64,000 nucleotides of DNA from Armatimonadota bacterium (GCA_037444405.1 JBBIML010000009.1:64001-128000); one strand, 5' to 3'; shown: positions 1 to 9,722, numbered from the stretch's first letter. The notes: generated by a model not told the origin, from the sequence alone. Numbers and translations are program-made.

Positions 1-1
1 G

Positions 2-358
2 GTGCTGTTTCTGGGGCTGGCGAACTTCCTGCAGGGCATGACACCGGAGGTGGGCGGCGCCCGCGACCTCGCCCTGCTGTTTGCCCTGCTGTTCACCGTG
101 ATGTTCTGGCGACCGTTCGGCGAGCTGCTGCAGTGGCTGGCGACCACGAAGCCGCCCACCGAGCAGCAGCTCCGGAACGCAATTCGCGCGGGCGAAGAGC
201 TGTTGCAACGAGCACGCCCCTACAGCGGAAGCGTGCCCCCCTTCGGCACGCGCCTGCTGCGAACGGGACTGCTGCAGATTCTGGCGGGCGCATGGGGCAC
301 GCTCGCGATTCTCAGCCTGCTGGAACGCTGGCTGGGTATCACCCTGCTGATTGGCTAA
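2..358 (+). CDS. 3' end of hypothetical membrane protein (partial, runs off window)
   Basis: Open frame from window edge with hydrophobic segments, TAA at 356-358. Confidence 0.6.
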   Translation: MLFLGLANFLQGMTPEVGGARDLALLFALLFTVMFWRPFGELLQWLATTKPPTEQQLRNAIRAGEELLQRARPYSGSVPPFGTRLLRTGLLQILAGAWGTLAILSLLERWLGITLLIG

Positions 359-412
359 ACCCGACCACTTTCGAAGAGGAAATTTCCCCCGGCTCTTCTC
401 GATTTGCGAAAA

Positions 413-424
413 ATGGGGTATAAT
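413..424 (+). promoter_or_regulatory. sigma70-type -10 box (ATGGGGTATAAT)
   Basis: Perfect TATAAT at 419-424; the same 12-mer occurs in the tRNA-Cys promoter (1773-1784). Confidence 0.6.
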
Positions 425-430
425 AGAGTA

Positions 431-603
431 TTGGCGCCACCAAAAGACCGGGATAACTGGCACGCCTCCACCGCACATAACCTGTCATCACACCGACCCA
501 AACGACGAGCACATCTGGGGCGATTCCGGGTGCGTGGCGGTGGGGTTCTGAGTTCTATGAACAGAGTACTTCACCGGGTGCAGGCATTTCGGGGCGTACC
601 GAC
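431..603 (+). ncRNA. candidate 6S-like rod-shaped ncRNA
   Basis: Lies between a TATAAT box and a terminator. Hand-folding gives nested pairings TTGG/CCGA, CGCC/GGCG, CCGG/CCGG, CCTCCACCGC/GCGGTGGGG, CCTG/CGGG, CCCA/TGGG with a central bubble; about 170 nt. Confidence 0.4.
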
Positions 604-610
604 AATCGGA

Positions 611-641
611 AAGGGGCGTGGGGGTTAGACCCACGCCCCTT
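611..641. terminator. intrinsic terminator hairpin, probably bidirectional
   Basis: AAGGGGCGTGGG-loop-CCCACGCCCCTT 12-bp inverted repeat between convergent units. Confidence 0.75.
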
Positions 642-646
642 CATCG

Positions 647-1666
647 TTAGCATCCGCTGCCGAAGGCTAATAGCACGATTAGCACATCGGCATCGTCTAC
701 AATCCCGTCGCCGTTCACATCCTCGGGCAGCTCCTGACCCGCGCTGCCGAAGGCGAGCAGCACTGACAGCAGGTCGTCGTCACCCACGAAGCCGTCAGCG
801 TTCACATCCGCCCGCAACGCTACGCCGAAGTCGAGGCGATAGGCGCGACCTTCCTGCACCTCTACCTCGTAGCGTCCCGTCGCAGGCGTAACCGCGCGCC
901 AGGCAGGCGGAATCACCACCGCCACCTCGTACCGTCCCGAGGGCAGCGTCTCCACTTCATAGTGTCCCTGCGCGTCGGTGGTCACGCTGGCAGTGTTGCC
1001 GTGCGTGTCGCGTAGCACGACCGTCCAGCCTGCCAGCCCGTTCTCGCTGGCGTCCTGCGAGCCGTTGCGATTGCGATCGCAGTAGAGCGTGCCCTGCAGG
1101 GCACCGCGCGGGCACTCACACAGCGACGCAATCGTCAGGTCATACAGGATGGGGCTATCACCGAACGCGCCGCGGCACACCTCACGACTGCACTGCTGAC
1201 CCTGTCGGCGACGCGAGAAGACCACCTGCACCTGCAGGTAGCGCCCGCGCTGGCAGAACGCCTGCGGACTCAGTTTTGCCAGTGCCGTCAGCAGCTCGCC
1301 ACGCCACACAGCCCACTCGATTGTTTCCTGGGCGTTTACATCCACCACTTCCAGCTCCTCACCCGTTTCGGGATTAGTGGGCCAGGGGGCTTCATGCTGG
1401 TACAAGTGGGTAATGTGCCCATACTCCTTTTTGAGCGCTCGCAGGGCGCATATGTAGGCATAAGTCGTTAAGGAAACGCCGTAATCGGGCTTGTAATGAC
1501 GGCTGGCGTACCAGACAGCCACGCCAGCAATCTGGAGGCATTCGTCGCGCCAGTAGTCGGGCGTGTACGCAGATGGGCAAAAGTGCTGGCACGCATAGCG
1601 CACCGCGGCGCGGGCTGCCTTCTGCAATTCTGGCGTCAGATCGCCTAACGGGTCGTAGAACGGCAC
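647..1666 (-). CDS. chimeric ORF: truncated sigma70-family N-terminus fused to SdrD-B-like domain plus dockerin-like tail (possible pseudogene)
   Basis: N-half has a region-2-like segment (DECLQIAGVAVWYASRHYKPDYGVSLTTYAY) ending at ALAKLSPQ with no region-4 HTH. C-half has GTLYCDRNRNGSQDASENGLAGWTVVL and DVNADG/DVNGDG repeats. GTG start at 1666 after AAGGGG. Confidence 0.55.
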   Translation of the reverse strand: MPFYDPLGDLTPELQKAARAAVRYACQHFCPSAYTPDYWRDECLQIAGVAVWYASRHYKPDYGVSLTTYAYICALRALKKEYGHITHLYQHEAPWPTNPETGEELEVVDVNAQETIEWAVWRGELLTALAKLSPQAFCQRGRYLQVQVVFSRRRQGQQCSREVCRGAFGDSPILYDLTIASLCECPRGALQGTLYCDRNRNGSQDASENGLAGWTVVLRDTHGNTASVTTDAQGHYEVETLPSGRYEVAVVIPPAWRAVTPATGRYEVEVQEGRAYRLDFGVALRADVNADGFVGDDDLLSVLLAFGSAGQELPEDVNGDGIVDDADVLIVLLAFGSGC

Positions 1667-1754
1667 CGCTATCCCCCTTTGCACACACAGTATACCCATA
1701 AAAAACGCGCGTGTCAAAGGGAGGGAGAGGGTGTTCGAAAATTCGCCGCCGAGC

Positions 1755-1784
1755 TTGACTCATCAGCGCATGATGGGGTATAAT
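1755..1784 (+). promoter_or_regulatory. sigma70 promoter for tRNA-Cys
   Basis: TTGACT-N18-TATAAT, 15 nt upstream of the tRNA. Confidence 0.8.
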
Positions 1785-1799
1785 ATGACCAGATTGAGA

Positions 1800-1875
1800 G
1801 GCGCCGTACCCAAGTGGCCAAGGGGGAGGCCTGCAAAGCCTCTATTCGTGGGTTCGATTCCCACCGGCGCCTCCA
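1800..1875 (+). tRNA. tRNA-Cys (GCA)
   Basis: Acceptor stem GGCGCCG/CGGCGCC, anticodon arm GAGGC-CTGCAAA-GCCTC, T-loop GTTCGATT, U73 discriminator, encoded CCA. Confidence 0.97.
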
Positions 1876-3317
1876 TTTTTATTGGGTTCTGCAGGCGGCG
1901 ATGGTGCTTCCACTGTAATCGGCACCTGTAGCCACTGATGGTCGATATAGACGCTGATTGTGCCCTGTCCGGGGCGAAGCGCGGTGAATCGTCCCCACTG
2001 GTCGATGAAGCCCAGCCCGCTGCTGCAGCCCCAGAGAGCGTCCCAGGTGGAGACAGGCTCGCGCCCGCGCCAGATTCGGAAGCGCACCTGCTCGCCCACT
2101 TTCAGCGTGGCGGCGGGCGGCTCGACGCGATAGGTTTCACGCGGCAGTGCAGGGCGCAGGCTGTCATCGAACAGCAGCAGCATATTCGCCACAGGGCGCT
2201 CGTTGCCGTCCGATGGGCTGTTCAGTATCAGATTGTACGCCACCAGTGTCGTGGAGCCGCCTCCATCGAGATTGATGGCTTCGATGGCGCCGTAGCGCAG
2301 CATCAGTTGCGCCAGTTCTGCCAGGCTGGCGCCCTGACTGTGCGCCTGGCGTCCGTCCACCACCAGCCAGATGAGTTCGCCCTTCGCCGTGCGTCCGACC
2401 GCCGTGCGCGGATGGCGCCGCTCGATGAATCCGCTGTTGAAGCCCGCGCGTACCAATTCTTCGGCGATCACAGGCTTGCCGTTGCGCACCAGCCACGGTC
2501 CGCCCGCAACGGCTTCCGACACCTCACGCCATTCAGGTGCGCCCTCTCCCCGCAGGTCGATGCGAATCTGCACCTTCTGACCCGCCTGCAGCGATTGCAG
2601 GAACTGGCTCGCTTCGCCCGTGCCCATCAGCACGCCGCCGGTGAAGGGGATCGGCACGCTGTTCACATCGGTCAGCACGGAGCGCACGACCGCCTGCACG
2701 GTGCTGCCCACCCGCAGCGGGCGCTGCAGCAAATCCAGCACTAATGCCGTGCCCGCCGCCTCTGATTGGGCACTCACACCGAAGAAGCTGGTGAACAGCA
2801 CCAGATCGCCGTTTGCCCTCACAGGGCGGTTGATGCCTGTGAGCGCGAAGCGCTGCCCGTCGGCGCGGGTTACTTCGGCGTCCAGTTCGGGCGCGCCCAT
2901 TACCACCCTGCCGCGCATGGTCCAGCCGACGGCGGGACGGTTCGGGAACGGTTCGCTCACGATTTCGCCTCCAATAATGCACAGTCCCAGCGGGTCGCCT
3001 GTGAAGGGGAAGAAGTCGGCGTTGATGGCGGCGAGCGCGCGATGGCGCCACGCCGCGCGACTGACCGCCTCCCGCCCGCGCGTCGGGTCGCCACTCAGCA
3101 CCACATCGTTGCCCAGCGCTGCCATCAGGCGCACGGAGCGTGATGGTGTGATGCGCAAGCCTGATACCACCAGCGGCGGCTCCGTGCTGACCTCCTGAAA
3201 CAGCACCACATGGGGTGCAATGCGCTTTTCTATCTTTTCAGGCGGCTTCGACTGCGCCAGCACGCCCACCATCAGCCACAGCCCCGCCAGCCCTGCGAGC
3301 CAGTATCGCCCTCTCAT
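1842..3317 (-). CDS. exported phosphodiester glycosidase family protein (NAGPA/DUF2233-like)
   Basis: Signal peptide; AAINADFF, RHPRTAVG, VVDGR, AINLDGGGST motifs. Confidence 0.85.
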   Translation of the reverse strand: MRGRYWLAGLAGLWLMVGVLAQSKPPEKIEKRIAPHVVLFQEVSTEPPLVVSGLRITPSRSVRLMAALGNDVVLSGDPTRGREAVSRAAWRHRALAAINADFFPFTGDPLGLCIIGGEIVSEPFPNRPAVGWTMRGRVVMGAPELDAEVTRADGQRFALTGINRPVRANGDLVLFTSFFGVSAQSEAAGTALVLDLLQRPLRVGSTVQAVVRSVLTDVNSVPIPFTGGVLMGTGEASQFLQSLQAGQKVQIRIDLRGEGAPEWREVSEAVAGGPWLVRNGKPVIAEELVRAGFNSGFIERRHPRTAVGRTAKGELIWLVVDGRQAHSQGASLAELAQLMLRYGAIEAINLDGGGSTTLVAYNLILNSPSDGNERPVANMLLLFDDSLRPALPRETYRVEPPAATLKVGEQVRFRIWRGREPVSTWDALWGCSSGLGFIDQWGRFTALRPGQGTISVYIDHQWLQVPITVEAPSPPAEPNKNGGAGGNRTHE

Positions 3318-3342
3318 CAGAGCGCAAGTATACCCATGCTTC

Positions 3343-3369
3343 GTAGCAGGGGCAGGATGCCCCTGCTAC
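3343..3369. repeat. GTAG-type REP-like palindrome
   Basis: GTAGCAGGGGCA-GGA-TGCCCCTGCTAC between two divergent -10 boxes. Confidence 0.6.
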
Positions 3370-3391
3370 GGCTGTGGGTATACTCCATGCT

Positions 3392-5176
3392 ATGCGATAC
3401 CTTCGCTCATGGCGACTGCGCACGGCACTCAAGCGGCGGCGCCGCGCCCGCCTCGACCTCTCGAACCCGGCGCACCTGCTGGACGAGCTGGAACGCAAGG
3501 AGCGTGAGCTGCAGGCGGCGCAGGACTACATCCGCCGGCTGGAGGCTCGCCTCGCCGATCGCGAAGCGGAAATCGAAGCGCTGAATCGGATCAGCGAAGC
3601 CACCGGCACCGCCCTCGCCTCCGAAGAGATGCTCCAGTCGATCGCCGAAATCGCCATGCGCATCACCGAGACCGAAATCTGCCACATTTTTCTGTTTGAC
3701 GAGAGCCGTAAGGAGCTGGTGTTGCGCGCCGCCACCGGCGACGATCGCCAGTTCATCGGTGAGATTCGGCTCCAGCTGGGCGAGGGTATCGTCGGCTGGG
3801 TCGCCCGCGAGCGACGCCCTGTCGCCGTGCCCCGCCAGGCGTACAAAGACCACCGCTTCAAACTGTATCCCCAGCTGAACGAGGAGCAGTACGAGAGCAT
3901 GCTCGCGGTGCCGCTGATCGGCAATAACGAGGTGATTGGCGTCATCAGCGTGCGCACGCGCAAACCCAAAGAGTACAAGCAGGAACAGATTCGGCTGCTA
4001 TCGGGCATTGCCAGCCACCTCGCCGGCGCGCTCAAGCAGCTGAGCCGTATCGAACAGCTGGAGCGTCAGGCGCATCAGGTCGCCACCCTCTCCGAAATCA
4101 GTCGCACGCTCACGGGCAACCTCTATCTGGAAGAGGTGCTGCAGCTGCTGGTTCACATGACCGCCCAGACGCTCGGCTATAAGGTCGTCACGGTGATGCT
4201 GTTAGATGAGGAGCGAGGTGAGCTGGTGCTGAAGGCGACGCAAGCCGACAGCGAGGAGTATCGCCAGAAACCGCCCCTGCGCGTGGGCGAAAGCATCGCT
4301 GGACGCGCCGTCGCCGAGAACCGTATTCTGGTCATCCCCGATGTGCAAGCGCACCCCGAATACCGATTCCCCGATATTGCCAAGCGCGCGGGACTGCACT
4401 CGATGGTGTGCGTGCCCCTGCGCGTGCGCGAGCGCGTCATCGGCACGCTCAACTGCTATACCGACCGCCCCCACCTGTTCACCGATGAGGAGCTGCGCAC
4501 GCTCGAAGCGGTCGCCAACCACGCCGCGCTCGCAATTGACCACGCCAAGCTGATGGTGCGCAGCGCCATCCTTCAGGAGATGCACCATCGCGTGAAGAAC
4601 AATCTCCAGCAAATCGCCAGCCTGCTGCGCCTCCAGATGCACTACTCGCGTTATAAAACCGTCGAGGAGGTGATTCAGGACAGCTTGAGCCGCATTCTGG
4701 CGATTGCGCAGGTGCATGAACTGCTATCGCGCGAGGACCTGGACATGGTGAGCCTGCGCAAAATCGCTTCCAGCATCCTGCACAACACGAAGCAGGCGCT
4801 CGTGCCGCCGGGCAAGCAGGTGCGCAGCAGTGTGGAAGGCGATGATGTGCTGTTGCCGTTGCAACAGGCGACCGCCGTCGCGCTGATTCTGAACGAACTC
4901 ATCCAGAACGCTATCGAACACGGCTTCAAAGAGCGCGATGCGGGTCAGATCGATGTGCGCGTGCAGAACACCAGCGGCGAAGTGCTGCTGGAGGTGAGCA
5001 ACGACGGCGAGCCGCTGCCGCCCGATTTTGACCCCGCCCGGAGCCACACGCTGGGACTGCGCATCATCGATAATCTCGTGCGGGGCACCCTGCGCGGACG
5101 GTTCCAGCTCCATAACAGCAACGGGCGCATCGTCGCCACCGTGCTGTTCCCCCGACCGGCAGCAGAAACCGCTTAA
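3392..5176 (+). CDS. cytoplasmic GAF-GAF sensor histidine kinase (HisKA_2/PdtaS-like)
   Basis: Two GAF domains (GEGIVGWVA; GESIAGRAV), H-box EMHHRVKNNLQ, N-box ELIQNAIEHGF, LGL G2 box. Confidence 0.9.
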   Translation: MRYLRSWRLRTALKRRRRARLDLSNPAHLLDELERKERELQAAQDYIRRLEARLADREAEIEALNRISEATGTALASEEMLQSIAEIAMRITETEICHIFLFDESRKELVLRAATGDDRQFIGEIRLQLGEGIVGWVARERRPVAVPRQAYKDHRFKLYPQLNEEQYESMLAVPLIGNNEVIGVISVRTRKPKEYKQEQIRLLSGIASHLAGALKQLSRIEQLERQAHQVATLSEISRTLTGNLYLEEVLQLLVHMTAQTLGYKVVTVMLLDEERGELVLKATQADSEEYRQKPPLRVGESIAGRAVAENRILVIPDVQAHPEYRFPDIAKRAGLHSMVCVPLRVRERVIGTLNCYTDRPHLFTDEELRTLEAVANHAALAIDHAKLMVRSAILQEMHHRVKNNLQQIASLLRLQMHYSRYKTVEEVIQDSLSRILAIAQVHELLSREDLDMVSLRKIASSILHNTKQALVPPGKQVRSSVEGDDVLLPLQQATAVALILNELIQNAIEHGFKERDAGQIDVRVQNTSGEVLLEVSNDGEPLPPDFDPARSHTLGLRIIDNLVRGTLRGRFQLHNSNGRIVATVLFPRPAAETA

Positions 5177-5216
5177 AGCAGGAATCGCCCTCGCCAGCGG
5201 ATAAAATAAGCAACGG

Positions 5217-6260
5217 GTGAAACCAATGCGAAGGGCTGGCTATCTGTTCCTTATCGGTGTGACGGTTTTCGGCACTGTCGCCGCGTTGCATGGTCAGGCG
5301 GGGGTGCGCAGCTATCTGGTGCGCCGCCTCTACGAGGTGGGCATGCGCCAGAAGTTCAATGCCGTCTACAACCTCAAGGGCGATGTGCGCTCCTCCCTCT
5401 TTGACGGTAGCTTCCCGATTAATGTCGACGCCCAGCTAGAGATTACCACCCAGATTCTCTCGGTTAACGAGAATGGTCAGGCGCGCATGCGCTATTCGTT
5501 CCGCTATGTCAAGCAGGTAGTCGACTTCTTCGCCGAATCGGAGCTGCCCGAGCCGTTCAGCGCCACGATTCGCATCACGCCGTCGGGCTTCCCCGCCGAA
5601 GATGAGACCACCAGCAAGTTCCGCAAGAGCCGTCAGCAGGAAGAAGAGGAGAGCGAATCGCCCGGACTGGATATACTGCCCGATCCGATGCTGTTTTTGC
5701 AGCTGGTGGGTCTCGATGTGGTGCCCGGTCCGTTTTATCCGATGCCGCCCGGCGCGGTGCGTGAGGGTGACCAGTGGAAGATCGGCTATCCGACCCCCTT
5801 CCTCGACACGAAAGGTGGACGGCTCAACCTCAGCCAGGCGACCATCCACACCTATCCCGCCACCGTGAAGGTGATTGGCTTGAAAGAGCTCAAGGGTCGT
5901 CCTGTGCTGCATGTGCAGCAGATTACCGACACCACCATCGACATCCCGCTGGACGACACCCTGCTGGAGATTGTGCGCCTGCGCGACCGCGGTGTGCCGC
6001 GCGGACGCATCAAGGGCACCATCAAGGGCACGACCGATTTTTACTACGCGCTTGCCGACGGCGCACTGCTGCAGGCGTCGGGTCATGTGCGCCAGAAGCT
6101 GCGTGCCGAGTACGATTCGCAAACCATTCGCGAATGGCAGCCCGACGAACACTGGGCGGAATGGGAGGTGCAGGCAACCTTCCGACAGGTGCTGGCGGAG
6201 GAGAAGATAACGCCCACGCGCTCAGGCGGTAGCAAGAGTCAGCCGCCACGCCGCCGCTAA
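5217..6260 (+). CDS. hypothetical exported protein
   Basis: Long ORF with signal peptide, beta-rich sequence, host-like codon usage. Confidence 0.7.
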   Translation: MKPMRRAGYLFLIGVTVFGTVAALHGQAGVRSYLVRRLYEVGMRQKFNAVYNLKGDVRSSLFDGSFPINVDAQLEITTQILSVNENGQARMRYSFRYVKQVVDFFAESELPEPFSATIRITPSGFPAEDETTSKFRKSRQQEEEESESPGLDILPDPMLFLQLVGLDVVPGPFYPMPPGAVREGDQWKIGYPTPFLDTKGGRLNLSQATIHTYPATVKVIGLKELKGRPVLHVQQITDTTIDIPLDDTLLEIVRLRDRGVPRGRIKGTIKGTTDFYYALADGALLQASGHVRQKLRAEYDSQTIREWQPDEHWAEWEVQATFRQVLAEEKITPTRSGGSKSQPPRRR

Positions 6261-7957
6261 GCCGCGCGGGTCAGCCACTCCGAGAGGGGCTGGCAGCGCG
6301 CGCCATATTGAGCCTGCAGCAGCGGGTCGCAACCGCCGCCTGTCAGCAGGGGGCGCACATCTGCTGTCGGCAGACGGTCGGTGATCTCGATATCGGGGCA
6401 GGTGTCGGCATCGAGTCCCATCTGCTGAAGCGCGTCCAGCACCCGCTCGTAAGCCTGCGAAACAGTCGCGCTGTTGAGCGCGCCCGCATAGAGAATCAGC
6501 GTGTTCATTCGATGGCGCTCCCCATGCCACTGAAGCGCGGGCAACCATGTCTGCGGGCGATCCCAGTCGGGCACGATCAGGAGGCGCGCGGGCATCGCCA
6601 GCGCCTGCTCGTACGCCGCGACGGTGGCTTCAGCCGCCTTCCGCCATGTGTAGTGGCTCAACACATGCTGGCGGCACGCCTCACGCCGACTGGCGTCCGT
6701 GTCCCGCCATGCGCGCCACACCGCCTCGCGGATGCTTGCCACATCGCCCGGATCGCACACATACGCCCACTGTCCCAGATACTCCTGCTCCGCGCCCCGA
6801 TTGCCGACCACCAGCGTGCAGCCCGCTAATGCCGCCTCCAGGTTCGCCAGACCGGGCGTCTCTGACCATGAGGGCAGTGCGTGAACCCGTGCCGCCGCAT
6901 ACGCGCTTGCCAGCAGCTCAGGACCCAGCTCGCCCACAAAATGCACCTGTCGCCCAGCCCAGCGGCGGCAGAGCACGGCGTACCCCGCATCACTCTCCTT
7001 ACCCGCCAGCACCAGCGGCAAATCGGTCTCGCGCAACGCCCAGAGGAGCATCAGCTGATTCTTGTTTGGCTCGATGCGCGCCGCGCACAGCACAAAATCA
7101 CGCAAGCCATATTGCTGAACGAAGGGGCTGGGGTCTGCATTCAGAAAGCGTTCGGGGCGCACCGCGTTGGGAACCACCACCACAGGCTGCTCGCCCCTGC
7201 CGAAAGTGCGCACAAGCTGCTCATATTCCCGCATGGCGTTCGGCAGCCACACGCGCGTCAGCTGCAGAACCCGCCGCATGGCTGGATCAGGCTTGAGCGC
7301 AACCCGACCGGACAGGAACTGCCCACGCCATGCCGTTAGCTGATTCTGTACCTCGCGCTCATCTGCAAGAGAGAAGATGGCTTCCAGCGCGAGGCTCGCC
7401 TGCAATAGCTCCGAGTAGTCCCAGAAGATGGTGGATACCACGAACGGTTTCTCACACCGCTCCAGCAGCTCCAGCCTGTCAGCATGGTAGAGCGAGAAAA
7501 GATGATTGAGGTCGTAGGGCGCTTCGGGCAGGCGCAGAGCGATGGAGACATCGGCAACGATGCCGAACTCGCGCAGGGCATAAAGCGTCTCCAGCAGCTG
7601 GGTTTCGCCACCGCCCATCATCTGCAGAGCGCGACGGTGGGGGATCATCCGCACCCGCCGCCGCACCTCCGGCGCCCGCACGCCCTTCCAGCCGAAAGCG
7701 AATAGCCCATCCACCTCCGGCTCAGGGTCCAGCAGATGCACCGTCGCGTCGAAAAGCGATTCGACCTGCTCCCGCCATCGCTGTGGGTGGTCAGGCACTC
7801 CCGCATGGGCTATCAGGAACGGCGTGCCGATGTCCAGCTCATCAGCAATCGATTCCTGCCCTGTGAGTATCAGCATGCCCGTGCGCGATTGGGGAGTGGG
7901 CAGGCGAGCCAGAAAACGATGCACCCATTCAGGAAGCCATTCTCGACTCATCCGCAT
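6257..7957 (-). CDS. glycosyltransferase family 4 (GT-B)
   Basis: GGGETQ, ARIEPNKNQ, ETPGLANLEA motifs. Confidence 0.85.
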   Translation of the reverse strand: MRMSREWLPEWVHRFLARLPTPQSRTGMLILTGQESIADELDIGTPFLIAHAGVPDHPQRWREQVESLFDATVHLLDPEPEVDGLFAFGWKGVRAPEVRRRVRMIPHRRALQMMGGGETQLLETLYALREFGIVADVSIALRLPEAPYDLNHLFSLYHADRLELLERCEKPFVVSTIFWDYSELLQASLALEAIFSLADEREVQNQLTAWRGQFLSGRVALKPDPAMRRVLQLTRVWLPNAMREYEQLVRTFGRGEQPVVVVPNAVRPERFLNADPSPFVQQYGLRDFVLCAARIEPNKNQLMLLWALRETDLPLVLAGKESDAGYAVLCRRWAGRQVHFVGELGPELLASAYAAARVHALPSWSETPGLANLEAALAGCTLVVGNRGAEQEYLGQWAYVCDPGDVASIREAVWRAWRDTDASRREACRQHVLSHYTWRKAAEATVAAYEQALAMPARLLIVPDWDRPQTWLPALQWHGERHRMNTLILYAGALNSATVSQAYERVLDALQQMGLDADTCPDIEITDRLPTADVRPLLTGGGCDPLLQAQYGARCQPLSEWLTRAA

Positions 7958-9722
7958 CGCCCCTCAGCATCTGCTCGAAGAACGCCCGATAGCCCGTCAG
8001 GTGCGGGCACGCCTGTACTATCAGCAGCGCCTCGTGGCACACCGACTGCAGGCGTGCTGTGTGCCCAGCCGACTGCAGAATCGGCGCGAGCTGAACCCAG
8101 TGGTCGATGTTGAGCGGCTCCTTCTCGATAGCCCGCTGAAGCCACTGGATAGCTTCCTCGTGGCGGTTGAGCCGCATCAGCATCTGCGCCAGCGGCTGTG
8201 CCAGCTGGGGGTGCAGTTCAAACGCCCGCTGATACATATGGATCGCGGAATGAAGCGCGTCGCGGCTCGCGTACAGCTCGCCCAGAATCACGCAGAGCTT
8301 CTGCGCGTAGAAGCCCCGCAGCTGTTCGGCAAAGGCTTCGGGCGTGTGTCCCATTTCAGCGAAGGCGCGCTCACTCTCGATGCGGAACCAGTCGTACCCA
8401 GGCGACCAAGGCAGCGCGTCGCGCAGAATCTCTGGGGGGCACTCTGGCAGCGCTTTGAGCGCGCGATGCGCCCAGCCCTCCAGCTCTGTCAGGCGACCCG
8501 TCGCGTAGAGCATCAGCGCGTAGTTCATTAATGCGACAGCATGCGTCGGCTCCTGTTCGATCGCCTGCAGCAGCTTCTGCTCGGCACGGCTCAAACAGTC
8601 GCGCTGAAGACCTGCATCGGGCATCTCGGCAGTTAGCAACAGCAGCAGCACACCCTCATCGTTAAGCGAAATGGCATCAGGCTCGTCCTCACAGCGGCTC
8701 AGCATCGTGAGCGCGGAGCGCACACGCCCCGCGAATGCGCTCTGCAGGTGCTGGTGCGCACAGGCGCGCGCCTGCTGACGCTTATTGAGCTGACAGAAGG
8801 TGCGCATTCTGCCAATCTGCGTCGGGGGAACCGCCTCGATCGCCTGCTCGATAAGGCGCGCGTACTGGCGGGCATAACTGTAGTCCTGCACGCACTGCCA
8901 CGCCGCCTCCACAATCCGCTCCGCCTGCTCCGGGTGAGCCAGATACTGCTCAATCACCTGCTCCAGATTGTCATCGGTGTACGGCACAAAGTGAACTCCT
9001 TCCTGATAGACATCCCGCACTTCGAGGTTGTCCGCCTCATACAGCAGCAGGCAGCCGCAGGCGGGCGCCTCGTACGCGCGCATGTTCATCTCGCCGCGAA
9101 TGCTGCGGTTAAAAACGATCCGGCACCGATTCAGGAAGCGCGTATACTCCTCGCCGTACAACCCCGTCGCAATGCAGATGTGATATTTCTCGCTCAGGCG
9201 GGCAAGCCGTTGCAGGAAGCGGGCGCGTTCGCCCTGTACCGTATGGCTCAGGTTGCCCACAAAGCCCACATCGTACACCTTCGGCTCGGCAGGCAGGCGA
9301 CGATGAAGCGCGGGGTCATAGCCGTACAGTTTCGCATGGCTCACATTCGTGGAGCCAAGCCGTTGCAATACCTGCACGCCCTGTTTATCGGTGAGGATGT
9401 GGTCAAACATGCGCAGGGTGTCCCGAATTCGCCACAGCGCGAGGTTCCAGTCGCCCAGCGCCGCCACCAGCCGATAGGGGCACTGCTCCAGCCCTGCTGG
9501 AATCGGGTGATATTCGGGACTCCAGAAAATCACCACCTCTGGCTCCCAGCCAGCGGGCAGCTGTTCAAGGATTTGTTGAAAAGTTGTATTTTGCGGGTCG
9601 TACTGGATGTCGGCGCCAGCGTCCCAGGAGAACAGGAGGGCATCGTGTTCGGCGAGCGCACGGCGGAATCTGTCCACCTCCGTGCCATGCACCGGACCCA
9701 TCAACACCCTGCGTCTTTGCAT
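7929..9722 (-). CDS. glycosyltransferase (CgeB/Glyco_trans_1_2-like) with C-terminal TPRs
   Basis: YDVGFVGN, NMRAYEAPACG motifs; TPR-like helices at the C-terminus. Confidence 0.8.
   Translation of the reverse strand: MQRRRVLMGPVHGTEVDRFRRALAEHDALLFSWDAGADIQYDPQNTTFQQILEQLPAGWEPEVVIFWSPEYHPIPAGLEQCPYRLVAALGDWNLALWRIRDTLRMFDHILTDKQGVQVLQRLGSTNVSHAKLYGYDPALHRRLPAEPKVYDVGFVGNLSHTVQGERARFLQRLARLSEKYHICIATGLYGEEYTRFLNRCRIVFNRSIRGEMNMRAYEAPACGCLLLYEADNLEVRDVYQEGVHFVPYTDDNLEQVIEQYLAHPEQAERIVEAAWQCVQDYSYARQYARLIEQAIEAVPPTQIGRMRTFCQLNKRQQARACAHQHLQSAFAGRVRSALTMLSRCEDEPDAISLNDEGVLLLLLTAEMPDAGLQRDCLSRAEQKLLQAIEQEPTHAVALMNYALMLYATGRLTELEGWAHRALKALPECPPEILRDALPWSPGYDWFRIESERAFAEMGHTPEAFAEQLRGFYAQKLCVILGELYASRDALHSAIHMYQRAFELHPQLAQPLAQMLMRLNRHEEAIQWLQRAIEKEPLNIDHWVQLAPILQSAGHTARLQSVCHEALLIVQACPHLTGYRAFFEQMLRGDADESRMAS

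Noticed and set aside
351..628. Short ORFs 351-551 and 404-628
   Set aside because: No RBS, they span the promoter box, and have atypical composition; an RNA interpretation fits better
1800..1875. tRNA-Cys as the integration site of an island
   Set aside because: No integrase and no duplicated tRNA 3' end seen in the window
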